This document shows positions 42,051 through 51,256 of a stretch of DNA of 64,000 nucleotides, one piece after another. This DNA comes from an uncultured delta proteobacterium (GTDB lineage Bacteria > Desulfobacterota > Binatia > UBA9968). The stretch is from assembly GCA_963727625.1 (NCBI GenBank), contig CAVSHR010000004.1, positions 512,001 to 576,000 of the forward strand, written 5' to 3'. The notes beneath the pieces are model-generated. The model saw nothing but the letters and a program-made list of their open reading frames with translations, ran no database searches and was not told the DNA's origin. The translations under genes were made by a program, and so were the position numbers. Within the stretch, counting starts at the first letter, position 1, and the number at the start of each line of letters is the position of its first letter.

Positions 42051-44804
42051 TTAAGCCCTCCCCGGTTGAATTTCGTCGAGCTTCGCCAAACTACTTCGGA
42101 GCGTGCGGATTTTTTCTTCGAATTGAATCGCCTTTTCTTTTTCTTTTCTGACGATTTCGTCTTTGGCTTTGGCTAGAAACTCGATGTTGCCGAGCTTCTT
42201 TTGCACCCGAGCAAGCTCGTCTTCGATTTTGCCGACCTCTTTGGACAAGCGCGCGCGCTCCTCGTCGAGATTGACGAGATCATCGAGCGGCAAGTAAATT
42301 TCCAAACCTTCGACCACCGCAGTGGCAGCGCCCCTGGGGCGGTCGGCGGCGGTGCGGTATTCGGCCGTGCCGACCCTCGCCAGCGCGCGCAAATACTCCC
42401 GTTGCTCGCGCACGAAATCCAGGTCCGCCTTCTGGCCGCAAAAAATCGCCTTGACCTGTTTGCCCGGCGGGCAGTTCATTTCCGTGCGCAGATTTCGCAC
42501 GGCGCGAATCACGCCCATCAGGAAAGACATGTTCTTTTCGCTCGCTTCATCGCGCCAGCCCGAATGCGCCGCGGGATAGCGCTGGATCATGATGCTCGGG
42601 CGCTGATCGCCGAGCCGCTGCCAGATTTCCTCGGTGACAAAGGGCATGATCGGATGCAACAGAAAGAGGATCTGTTCCAATAATTCTTGCAAGAGCCGGC
42701 GGCTCTTCGCGGCCTGATTCGCGTCGGCGCTATTGAGCGCCAGTTTACTCATCTCGATGTACCAGTCACAGAACTCGTGCCAGGTAAACTGATACAAGAT
42801 ATTGGCGTAATCGTTAAACCGGTAGGCGTCGATCGCCTTGCGCGCTTCGGCGGTGGCGAACGCCAGCCGCGCGCGAATCCACCGTTCCGCAAAGCCGAGG
42901 GTTGGGTCTTCGAGCGCCGCGCCGTCCCCCACGGCGCCGCTTTGCGCGGGCTGATTCATCTGCACGAAGCGCGCGGCATTCCATAACTTGTTGACGAAGT
43001 TTTGATAACCGGCGATGCGCTCTTCGGCGAGTTTGATGTCGCGCCCCATGGCCGCCATCGCCGCCAAGGTAAAGCGGAACGCGTCGGTGCCGTACTTTTT
43101 CATGACGTCCAGCGGGTCGATGACGTTGCCCTTGGATTTGGACATCTTTTGGCCCTGTTCGTCGCGCACCAGCGCATGGATGTAAACATCGCGGAACGGT
43201 ACGTCGTCCATGAACTTGAGACCCATCATAATCATGCGGGCGACCCAAAAAAATAAGATATCGAAGCCGGTGATCAGCGTCGAAGTTGGATAAAAGCTTT
43301 TGAGGTCTGCGGTTTTCTCCGGCCAGCCCAGGGTCGAGAAAGGCCACAACGCCGAGGAGAACCAGGTGTCGAGCACATCGGGATCCTGGACCAATTCAGT
43401 ACCGCCGCACTTCGGACAGCGCTGCGGCTTTTGATGGCCGACGATCGGCTGGGCGTCTTTCGAAAGAATGTAATCGCCGTTCGCCGCGGCGATCAGATTG
43501 GCTCCTTCGCAGTTCTTGCAGTACCAGGCCGGAATTTGATGGCCCCACCAAATTTGCCGCGAGATGCACCAGTCTTTGATGTTTTCCATCCAGACAAAAT
43601 AGGAATTGCTCCACCCTTCCGGGAGGATCTGAATTCTGCCGTCGCGCACAGCGCGCAGCGCAGGTTCGGCGAGCGGTTTGATGTTCACAAACCACTGCGG
43701 CGTTAAATATGGCTCGATCACGGTCTGGCAGCGGTAGCAATGGCCCACGGCCAGATTATGAGCCTCGGTCTTTTCGAGAAAGCCCTTTTCTTGCAACTCC
43801 GCAACGACAAGTTTCCTCGCTTCGAAGCGGTCCCTGCCGCGGTAGCGCTCGATCCACTTGCCGCTCTCGCCGCGGGCGATAAACGCTGAGGCGTCAATTC
43901 GCGCATCGGCGTCGAAAATGCTGATTTTGTCCAGACCGAAGCGCTCGCCGATATCGAAGTCGTTGAAGTCATGTCCCGGCGTGATCTTGAGCGCACCCGT
44001 GCCGAACTCGCGGTCGACGAACGGGTCGGCGATAAGTGGAACGATCCGGCCGGTAATCGGCAGCAGAATTTTCTTGCCGATGAGACGCTGGTAGCGCTCG
44101 TCTTCGGGGTGCACCGCCACGGCGGTATCGCCGAGCATGGTCTCGGGCCGGGTCGTCGCCACCACCAGCGCCGGCGCAGAGTCGTCGGCCAAAGGATAGC
44201 GGATATGCCAGAGGTTGCCGCTCGCTTCCTCATGCACCACTTCGATATCAGCCAGCGCGGTTTTGCAACGGGGGCACCAATTGATCAGCCGCTCGGCGCG
44301 ATAAAGCAACTGGTCTTCCCAGAGCTTGACGAAGGCCTCGCGCACGGCGCGCGACAACCCCTCGTCCATGGTGAAACGTTCATGGCTCCAGTCGCAAGAG
44401 ACGCCCAGGGCCTTGAGCTGACGCAAGATCGCGTTACCGGCTTCCTGTTTCCATTGCCAGACGGTTTCGACAAATTTTTCGCGGCCGAGCTCGGCCCGGC
44501 CAATGCCCCTTTGGGCCAACTGGCGCTCGACCACGTTTTGCGTTGCGATGCCCGCGTGATCGGTGCCCGGCACCCAGAGCACGCGCCGGCCATCCATGCG
44601 CTTGAACCGGCAAAGAATATCCTGGAGCGTATTGTTGAGCGCATGCCCCATGTGCAACGATCCGGTTACGTTCGGCGGCGGAATCACGATTGAAAAATAA
44701 TCGCCGCCGTCTTTCGAAGGTTCGAACAAACTGGATTGCATCCAGTGGCTATACCACTTGGATTCGATCTCCTGATGACTATAGGCCTTACTCAACTCCT
44801 GCAT
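42051..44804 (-). CDS. valS: Valyl-tRNA synthetase
   Basis: PPPNVTGSLHMGH, DWCISRQIWWGH, KMSKS, C-terminal coiled coil. Confidence 0.99.
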   Translation of the reverse strand: MQELSKAYSHQEIESKWYSHWMQSSLFEPSKDGGDYFSIVIPPPNVTGSLHMGHALNNTLQDILCRFKRMDGRRVLWVPGTDHAGIATQNVVERQLAQRGIGRAELGREKFVETVWQWKQEAGNAILRQLKALGVSCDWSHERFTMDEGLSRAVREAFVKLWEDQLLYRAERLINWCPRCKTALADIEVVHEEASGNLWHIRYPLADDSAPALVVATTRPETMLGDTAVAVHPEDERYQRLIGKKILLPITGRIVPLIADPFVDREFGTGALKITPGHDFNDFDIGERFGLDKISIFDADARIDASAFIARGESGKWIERYRGRDRFEARKLVVAELQEKGFLEKTEAHNLAVGHCYRCQTVIEPYLTPQWFVNIKPLAEPALRAVRDGRIQILPEGWSNSYFVWMENIKDWCISRQIWWGHQIPAWYCKNCEGANLIAAANGDYILSKDAQPIVGHQKPQRCPKCGGTELVQDPDVLDTWFSSALWPFSTLGWPEKTADLKSFYPTSTLITGFDILFFWVARMIMMGLKFMDDVPFRDVYIHALVRDEQGQKMSKSKGNVIDPLDVMKKYGTDAFRFTLAAMAAMGRDIKLAEERIAGYQNFVNKLWNAARFVQMNQPAQSGAVGDGAALEDPTLGFAERWIRARLAFATAEARKAIDAYRFNDYANILYQFTWHEFCDWYIEMSKLALNSADANQAAKSRRLLQELLEQILFLLHPIMPFVTEEIWQRLGDQRPSIMIQRYPAAHSGWRDEASEKNMSFLMGVIRAVRNLRTEMNCPPGKQVKAIFCGQKADLDFVREQREYLRALARVGTAEYRTAADRPRGAATAVVEGLEIYLPLDDLVNLDEERARLSKEVGKIEDELARVQKKLGNIEFLAKAKDEIVRKEKEKAIQFEEKIRTLRSSLAKLDEIQPGRA

Positions 44805-44808
44805 AAAT

Positions 44809-45333
44809 CTATTCTTTCTTCAGAGATTCCAATTGACCGCCGTGGTTGGCGACCTCTTCGACCACGTCGACAAGCTCGATAATATTCTGCTTCGATTCGC
44901 CGGCATCGCCTGTCGTCTTGGCCTGTTTGACTCGCGGATTCTTGCGAACCGGCCCGTCTGATCGCCTCGATTCCGCGCTCGTCGGTTGATTTGGCGACTT
45001 GGACGAAACTCGGACTGCCAACAGGGCCTGCTTCAACGATTCTTTGTCGAGCGGCAACCTGACGCGCGCGAACCTATCCACTGCCGGAACTTTCGCTTGA
45101 TCATCGGCATCGAGCCAAATGACGGGAACCTGCCAACCTTGGATCACCCCGAACTCCAACCCAGACAGCAATCCTCGCTCCCGCAAAGCTGTAGCGTCGA
45201 TGACCGCAAGATCGATGCCCTCCGCTGTTTCCGGAATCGTTTTCGCGATTGTTAGCTCATGCTCCGCGAAGAGCGCGGCTGTGAACCCATGTTGCAATAG
45301 CTTATAGGGTTCGATGACCAAAATTCTACTCAT
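44809..45333 (-). CDS. Degenerate receiver-domain protein with a disordered tail
   Basis: SRILVIEP..DLAVID..VPVIWL..RLPLD receiver-like pattern, then a low-complexity linker and IIELVDVVEE. Confidence 0.7.
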   Translation of the reverse strand: MSRILVIEPYKLLQHGFTAALFAEHELTIAKTIPETAEGIDLAVIDATALRERGLLSGLEFGVIQGWQVPVIWLDADDQAKVPAVDRFARVRLPLDKESLKQALLAVRVSSKSPNQPTSAESRRSDGPVRKNPRVKQAKTTGDAGESKQNIIELVDVVEEVANHGGQLESLKKE

Positions 45334-45358
45334 GAACGCGCGACTGGCTCGTCATTAC

Positions 45359-45387
45359 TTGACAAGGCGTCGACCTCAAGTTACATA
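45359..45387 (+). promoter_or_regulatory. Putative sigma70 promoter of tRNA-Leu
   Basis: TTGACA-17 nt-TACATA. Confidence 0.55.
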
Positions 45388-45419
45388 AAGCTCACGGTTG
45401 ATACACGTGGAGCTGCAGA

Positions 45420-45506
45420 GCGAAAGTGGCGGAATTGGTAGACGCGCAGGATTCAGGATCCTGTGGGGTAACACCCGTGGGGGTTCGATTCCCCCCTTTC
45501 GCACCA
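45420..45506 (+). tRNA. tRNA-Leu(CAG)
   Basis: GCGAAAG/CTTTCGC acceptor stem, anticodon arm CAGGA-TTCAGGA-TCCTG, long variable arm, GGTTCGATT, encoded CCA. Confidence 0.97.
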
Positions 45507-45744
45507 TTTTTAAACTACGTAGCATAGAAATCTGTTATTCTCTAATCTCCTCCTAATTCCTCGCCGTGACCAGCAGGGGCCGGCGCCCGGTATCCACGCC
45601 AACTGCACAAGCGCGAAGTTTAATCCTACAAAATCACACTAAGAAGCGGAGGTGGAAAGTTTAACCGACGATCGGCGATTTTCCGTTCGAGGGTTGCGAG
45701 TTCGCGAATGGACTACGGCAACAAGAAGGTTCTCTCAATTGCTT

Positions 45745-46086
45745 ATGAAAAAACTAACGGCGCTATTAGCAGTTGCAATCTTGTCGGCGGCGGCTAGCTC
45801 TTGCTCGAAAGATGCAGATGAGAAAAGCGCGGCTGTTAAAGATCCTGACTGGCAGCGTGGCCGCGCGGTATTTCTCGCAAACTGCGTTGCCTGCCACAAC
45901 AACGATCCGTCGAGGGACGGCCCGATCGGACCCGCTATTAAAGGCTCGTCGAAAGAACTCATTGAAGCTCGAGTTCTTTCGACGTCCTATCCGCCCGGCT
46001 ACAAGCCAAAGCGCCCGACCAAAGTGATGCCGCAGTTTCCCTTCTTAAAAAACGAGATCCCTTATCTCGCCGCTTATCTGCGGTGA
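45745..46086 (+). CDS. Monoheme c-type cytochrome, probable lipoprotein
   Basis: Signal peptide ending AASSC, CVACH heme motif, distal VMP Met ligand. Confidence 0.88.
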   Translation: MKKLTALLAVAILSAAASSCSKDADEKSAAVKDPDWQRGRAVFLANCVACHNNDPSRDGPIGPAIKGSSKELIEARVLSTSYPPGYKPKRPTKVMPQFPFLKNEIPYLAAYLR

Positions 46087-46098
46087 CCGCGTTTCATT

Positions 46099-46794
46099 CT
46101 AGGTGAGCGCGATCGTCAACAGAAACAAGATGCCGGCGAGCAGAAACCCAAACCAAAGAGACCCTTTCACCGAGTCCAAAGGCTGCTTGGTGGGACCCTG
46201 CGTACCGACCAGCGCGTTAACTTCCACGCCGCCAATAATTATCAGCACAACGATCCAGAACAGCGCGCGTGCCCGAGTCTGAAGAACCATTTGCGGATAG
46301 TGGCTCGCCGCGCCCATGTAGAGCAACATCGGAATGGAAAATACCGTGTTCGTCCTCGATGCCAAAGCGGCGCGACGTGCTGAGCCGGCGGCCGCTGGCA
46401 GCGCTTGACCGCCGGACGCGACCTGGTTCGTAGAAGCAATGACAATTTGCTGAGCCGGCCAAATGACCAACCAAACATTGAGGAACATCAAAATACCCAT
46501 CAAACCACCGATGGTAATCGTGACGCCATAGGAAGACGAATAGAAAAGCCCAGCGCCCATTTCACTCATGCGCATGATGTAAATCAAAAAACCGGCGAGA
46601 AACGTGAACATGGCGCCCCAACGAAACCACCACAGCGCACGGGGGACCAGTTTCTGAATCGCCCCCGTTCTTACCGCCGCTTCAGTCTCGGCAAAAAACG
46701 GCGTTTGTACGAAATTAAAATAATAGAGAATCCCGATCCAGGTTACTCCCGACAGAAAATGGATCCACCGCAAGAAAAATAACGTAAATTCCAT
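46099..46794 (-). CDS. PuuD/Urate_ox_N-like membrane protein without a cytochrome c domain
   Basis: RWIHFLSGVTWIGILYYFNF, LWWFRWGA, MFLNVWLVIWPAQ, SRTNT..SIPML..M..SHY. Confidence 0.8.
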   Translation of the reverse strand: MEFTLFFLRWIHFLSGVTWIGILYYFNFVQTPFFAETEAAVRTGAIQKLVPRALWWFRWGAMFTFLAGFLIYIMRMSEMGAGLFYSSSYGVTITIGGLMGILMFLNVWLVIWPAQQIVIASTNQVASGGQALPAAAGSARRAALASRTNTVFSIPMLLYMGAASHYPQMVLQTRARALFWIVVLIIIGGVEVNALVGTQGPTKQPLDSVKGSLWFGFLLAGILFLLTIALT

Positions 46795-47159
46795 AATCAC
46801 TCCCCCCTCTTTCTACTTCATTCGATTTTCCATCAAATGAAAACCCATTCAATATCGCCTGCCCGATTATATATTCGGGGATGCGCGTTTTTGTCAAGAA
46901 AAAACCCGACTGTCACCGCAACCATCGCTTATCTTGCGCCCGCCCCTAAAAGCCCCCCCTGGGATTTTTCAGCGCGCCGGCAGCCTTCAACAGCCAATGT
47001 CTCGCCGCGAAAAGCTTGACTTGACCAATCCGGGGATCTATGACATTTTCCTGCTAGCCTTTCTAGCCGGCACGCGGAGTCACTCTGATTCAAGAAACAA
47101 AAACTCAAGAGCTTAAATCGGATTCCAACATCAGCGCAGGCACCGACCGCGGCATCTCC

Positions 47160-48128
47160 TTGCTCCATGGAGCGGATGATCCGTTTAGCTGCGTCAGCGA
47201 GGAACTGCAACTCGTTGAAGATAATCTGATTCGCGCCATCCGCTCGAGAGAACAAGGACTCACCGATATCTCAGCCCACCTGGTTCACAGCGGTGGCAAG
47301 AGGGTCCGGCCGATGGTTACGCTGTTAGCGTACTTCGCTTTCGGCGGTAAGCGCACGCAAGACATCGTCGATATCGCCACTGCCATCGAGCTTATCCATA
47401 CGGCTACGCTCCTACACGACGATATCATTGACGGCGCCGAAACTCGACGCGGCAAAGAATCCGCTTATAAAAAATTCGGATTGAAGTCGACCCTGGTTGC
47501 GGGTGACTTTCTTTTCATCAAGGCCTTCGAATTTGCCGGCAAGTTTGATGAAACCGTGGTTCAATGGACGGCCGACGCGTGCACCTTGTTGACCGAAGGC
47601 GAAATTTTGCAGGGTAACTTCAATCGCAACCGCGCGGTGACGATCGAGAACTATCTGGAAATTGTCAAACGGAAGACCGGGTCGCTCTTTCACACCGGTG
47701 CCAAAGTCGGCGCCTATCTCGCCGGCGCCCATGCCTCTCTGATCGAGGAGACCGAATGTTACGGCCTCAACATGGGCATCGCCTTCCAGATGGTCGACGA
47801 TGTCCTCGACGTGGTCGGTCACGCCGACCTTCTGGGCAAACCTATTGGCATGGATTTGCGCGACGGCAATCCCGCGTTGCCAATCATTCTCGCGGTGATC
47901 AGCGGCGATATCACGGTACGCGAAGCCTTCGAATGCCGCGCTCCCTCCGAAGCGCAGATCCAAGCGGCGCTCGAGGCGATTAAAACCGGGCCCTCGATCC
48001 AAGAAGCCAAATCGCTTTCCAAGCGCTACGCCAAAGAAGCATTGAAATCGGTGAAAAAGCTGCCGCCGTCAAAATACCGAAACGGACTCAAGAGCATGGT
48101 ACAGCTGATCATCGATCGAGATTTTTAG
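47160..48128 (+). CDS. Long-chain trans-polyprenyl diphosphate synthase (HepT/IspB-like)
   Basis: GGKRVRP, LLHDDIID..RRG, KTGSLF, FQMVDDVLD. Confidence 0.94.
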   Translation: MLHGADDPFSCVSEELQLVEDNLIRAIRSREQGLTDISAHLVHSGGKRVRPMVTLLAYFAFGGKRTQDIVDIATAIELIHTATLLHDDIIDGAETRRGKESAYKKFGLKSTLVAGDFLFIKAFEFAGKFDETVVQWTADACTLLTEGEILQGNFNRNRAVTIENYLEIVKRKTGSLFHTGAKVGAYLAGAHASLIEETECYGLNMGIAFQMVDDVLDVVGHADLLGKPIGMDLRDGNPALPIILAVISGDITVREAFECRAPSEAQIQAALEAIKTGPSIQEAKSLSKRYAKEALKSVKKLPPSKYRNGLKSMVQLIIDRDF

Positions 48129-48174
48129 CTGCGGCGTCCGTGCCGCGTCGATCCCAATCTCCGCACTCCTGCCA

Positions 48175-48912
48175 ATGTCCGCTTTGAACCCTTTGCGTGA
48201 CCAATCCGTTCAAAGAATGTTCGATCGAATCGCCGGGCGTTATGACTTGCTCAATCGCGTCATCAGCTTTCGTCTCGACGGATGGTGGCGACGCCAGGTG
48301 ATCCGCAAGGCAATGACCAAGGCGCAACCCTGGATTCTCGACATCGGTACCGGCACCGGCGATTTGATTTTTGACGCGGCCAAGGCGGCGCGCGGCAACG
48401 GCGGATTTGTCGGCCTGGATTTTTCCCTGCAGATGCTCAACCTGGCGCGGGCAAAGAGGGAACGAGCACCTTACGGCAGCAGCGCGGCTTTCACGATGGG
48501 CAGTGCCATGGTTTCACCTTTCAAGGCTGGCGTGTTCGACAGCGCCATGACGGCCTTCGTGCTGCGCAACGTTTCAGATTTAAACTTGCTATTCGGCGAG
48601 GCCTTTCGTGTACTCAAACCCGGCGGCAGATTCGTTTCGTTGGATATGTTTCCGCCGTCGACGAATTGGTTTTCGCCTTTCTATTCGGTTTATTTTCATT
48701 GTTTAATGCCTCGGCTCGGGGGACTTTTGGCCGGCGATCGGGACGCCTATCAATACCTATCGGACTCGGTTCGGCGTTTTCAACCACCCGAGACGGTCGC
48801 GGCGATGATCACGCTGGCCGGTTTCGAGCAGGTGCGGGTGTATAAATTCCTGAGCGGCGCAGTTTGCATGCACACCGCGGAGAAACCTCTGCGGGCTACG
48901 GGGCAAGCGTAG
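48175..48912 (+). CDS. menG: Demethylmenaquinone methyltransferase (UbiE/MenG)
   Basis: MFDRIAGRYDLLN, LDIGTGTGD, LRNV, RVLKPGG, AYQYLSDS. Confidence 0.92.
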   Translation: MSALNPLRDQSVQRMFDRIAGRYDLLNRVISFRLDGWWRRQVIRKAMTKAQPWILDIGTGTGDLIFDAAKAARGNGGFVGLDFSLQMLNLARAKRERAPYGSSAAFTMGSAMVSPFKAGVFDSAMTAFVLRNVSDLNLLFGEAFRVLKPGGRFVSLDMFPPSTNWFSPFYSVYFHCLMPRLGGLLAGDRDAYQYLSDSVRRFQPPETVAAMITLAGFEQVRVYKFLSGAVCMHTAEKPLRATGQA

Positions 48913-48916
48913 TTCT

Positions 48917-49747
48917 ATGCGGGGGTTTTCCAGCAGCTTCTTGATTTTCTTTTATCAGGTCGCGCTGGGCGGCCTGTTCACCCTCGCCGGCACGCCCTTT
49001 CATGAGATCGAGCGCGCTTTTTACAAATCCACCGCCGGCGTCCTCTACGTCATTGCGCTGCTCGGTTTGTGGGGCAAGAGTTTTTTATATTGGCGCAGCT
49101 TGACCGAGGGCTGGAGCTGGAGCATCGGTTTGGAAGCTGCTTTTCATCTCGCTTTTATTCTGTTCTTTTCCTGCTACATGGTTTCGCTGTGGAGCGAGCG
49201 CCAAGTCTTTCGGGCGCGCAGTTTCGCGGCGTGCGTTTTGACCGGTATGATCGGCTTACTGTTCAGCACCCACAGTTTTTACAGCGCACCGTTTTTTTCA
49301 ATTGAAACAATAATCTATCCGTCAGCTTTCTTTCTCTCATCCCTGTTGCTCGGCAGTGTCACCATCGGTATGTTAATCGGCCACTGGTACTTGATCGACA
49401 CCGGACAAAGCTTAGAGCCTTTCGTCCGGATCTATAAATTCTTTGTCGTAGCGCTGATCCTTCAGTGTGCTTTTTTCGCGCTTGCACCGCCGGCGCTCTA
49501 CTTTCTCGGCACCGCGCAGAGCCACCTGGCCTTGGAACAGCTCTGGCAACACCACGCTACCTTGCTGGTCACGCGGACTATTGTCGGCCAAGGCGCTCCG
49601 CTAATTCTTTCCTGGATGATCTGGCGTACCCTAGTGATCCCTCATACCATGGCCGCCACGGGTCTTTTTTATATCGCTCTGCTGGGAGTTTTCGTGGGAG
49701 AAATTCTTGGGCGGCAGATCTTGACGCTAACGGCGCTGCCCTTCTGA
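48917..49747 (+). CDS. Polytopic membrane protein of unknown function
   Basis: ~8 hydrophobic helices; MLIGHWYL and TMAATGLFY motifs; 4 nt after menG. Confidence 0.8.
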   Translation: MRGFSSSFLIFFYQVALGGLFTLAGTPFHEIERAFYKSTAGVLYVIALLGLWGKSFLYWRSLTEGWSWSIGLEAAFHLAFILFFSCYMVSLWSERQVFRARSFAACVLTGMIGLLFSTHSFYSAPFFSIETIIYPSAFFLSSLLLGSVTIGMLIGHWYLIDTGQSLEPFVRIYKFFVVALILQCAFFALAPPALYFLGTAQSHLALEQLWQHHATLLVTRTIVGQGAPLILSWMIWRTLVIPHTMAATGLFYIALLGVFVGEILGRQILTLTALPF

Positions 49748-50038
49748 AGACGGCCGCGCGTTAGCGTCCGGAAGCTGGGGGTAAGTTTTCAGTTTCGTAA
49801 TGCGCAAGCCGTTGGAGGTCCAACCCAAATCATAACCAACCTGGTCGCCGACTTTCAAATCGAGCGGCGATTTCGCTTCACCGCAGAGAACGACCAATTC
49901 ATAGGAAAAGGTTAGCTCCCGGCCGCTCTCGGTGCGCACGACACCCGTGTTATTTGACGGGAACAACTTTGTGATCACGCCTTGATGATAGAAATCGCCG
50001 CGCGGCGATGCTAGCGGGTCTTTTTCTTCGGAGGTCAT
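49727..50038 (-). CDS. Small OB-fold/cold-shock-like protein
   Basis: GVITKLF..TGVVRTESGRELTF..LKVGDQVGYDL pattern resembling a CSD; start ATG 50038 after AGGA. Confidence 0.7.
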   Translation of the reverse strand: MTSEEKDPLASPRGDFYHQGVITKLFPSNNTGVVRTESGRELTFSYELVVLCGEAKSPLDLKVGDQVGYDLGWTSNGLRITKLKTYPQLPDANARPSSEGQRR

Positions 50039-50123
50039 GTTCCTAGTAAAACTCAATCGTCCGCGCATGACGCGCTTGATTTTTGCCTTGGCGATCGAAA
50101 CTCGGACTTCACTGGAACTGAAT

Positions 50124-50633
50124 TCAAACGATTGGATGTTTTTGCGCGGCAATGCGCCTTTGTAGCTCCATGAGACCGTCAAGGACCGCCTCCGGCCGCG
50201 GTGGGCAGCCCGGCACATAGATATCGACAGGAATGATTCTATCGATGCCTTGGACGGTTGCGTAATTGTCATAAAAACCGCCGCTCGCCGCGCACGCGCC
50301 AAAAGCCATAACCCATTTAGGCTCGGACATTTGCTCATACACCCGTTTGAGAACCGGAGAAAGTTTGTGGTTCACCGTGCCAATAACCATGAGCAGGTCT
50401 GCCTGCCGAGGACTGAAGCGCGGCAGCAGCGCACCGAAGCGATCAATATCGTATGGCGACATGGATAGTGACATATACTCCATGGCACAGCAGGCCGTGG
50501 CGAAAGGATACGGAAAGAGCGAATATTTGCGCGCCCAACCGACCGCCTTATCCAGGCGAGTTAAGACCACTGTCTCTGCGAGCAGCTTTTCCTGCCCGAA
50601 GCGTGACTGGGCGACTGCCTTTGCTTGTTCCAT
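50124..50633 (-). CDS. nuoB: NADH:quinone oxidoreductase subunit B (orphan copy)
   Basis: TACCAME, SPRQADL, GACAASGG, YVPGCPPRPE. Confidence 0.95.
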   Translation of the reverse strand: MEQAKAVAQSRFGQEKLLAETVVLTRLDKAVGWARKYSLFPYPFATACCAMEYMSLSMSPYDIDRFGALLPRFSPRQADLLMVIGTVNHKLSPVLKRVYEQMSEPKWVMAFGACAASGGFYDNYATVQGIDRIIPVDIYVPGCPPRPEAVLDGLMELQRRIAAQKHPIV

Positions 50634-50687
50634 AATTATCGACTTGCTCACTTCACTTCGGTCACTAACGCAAACTGGCCTGCTGAA

Positions 50688-50716
50688 AAGATACTATTTT
50701 CCCAGCCATCTGACAA
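50688..50716 (-). promoter_or_regulatory. Putative promoter of nuoB
   Basis: TTGTCA-17 nt-TATCTT. Confidence 0.45.
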
Positions 50717-50905
50717 ATTCACCTCCGCGCAGTCGTTTAAGCGATGCGGGCATATCATTCTGTTTCACTGCATGACGAAACCACTCCCCGGTTGAAAACC
50801 AGCGGGAGGTCTCGGGCGGGATCTTAGCGGCACACGAATCAATCGTGGCCAATGGAGAAGATTCATCACTCCCTCGACACTCGCCACAAGAAACGGTGAA
50901 AGGCG

Positions 50906-51106
50906 TTATTCTTTCGTTACGTTTACCGCTTGGGGCCCTTTGTCGCCCTGAGCAATTTCAAATTTGACGCTCTCCCCCTCATTAAGGGTCTTAAAACCTT
51001 CGCCCTGAATCGCGCTATAGTGAACGAATACATCTCCCCCACCTTCTTTTTCAATGAAACCGTATCCCTTCGCGTTGTTGAACCACTTGACCTTGCCGCT
51101 CGTCAT
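50906..51106 (-). CDS. cspA: Cold-shock protein
   Basis: GKVKWFN, KGYGFI (RNP1), DVFVHYSAI (RNP2). Confidence 0.97.
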   Translation of the reverse strand: MTSGKVKWFNNAKGYGFIEKEGGGDVFVHYSAIQGEGFKTLNEGESVKFEIAQGDKGPQAVNVTKE

Positions 51107-51226
51107 CTCCTAAGCCTCCTTACCCACACAGGATTGGATATCACCGCGTCTAGCATTCATGCACCCGCCCCTAGGTCGCTTTGGTCATAGCCCTTCGCCT
51201 TTTCCGTTCTCAGAATTGCGCTGGCG

Positions 51227-51256
51227 AGATTAGGAAATGCTGGCAGTAATTGTCAA
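51227..51256 (-). promoter_or_regulatory. Putative cspA promoter giving a ~115-nt 5' UTR
   Basis: TTGACA-18 nt-TAATCT; long leaders are typical of csp genes. Confidence 0.5.

Noticed and set aside
45704-45715. GCGAATGGACTA, a 10/12 match to the icd/sucC loop motif (also GCGGGAGGTCTC near 50802)
   Set aside because: Not in a 10-bp stem + U-tract context, and the first is in the opposite orientation relative to its gene; treated as chance pending a genome-wide scan.
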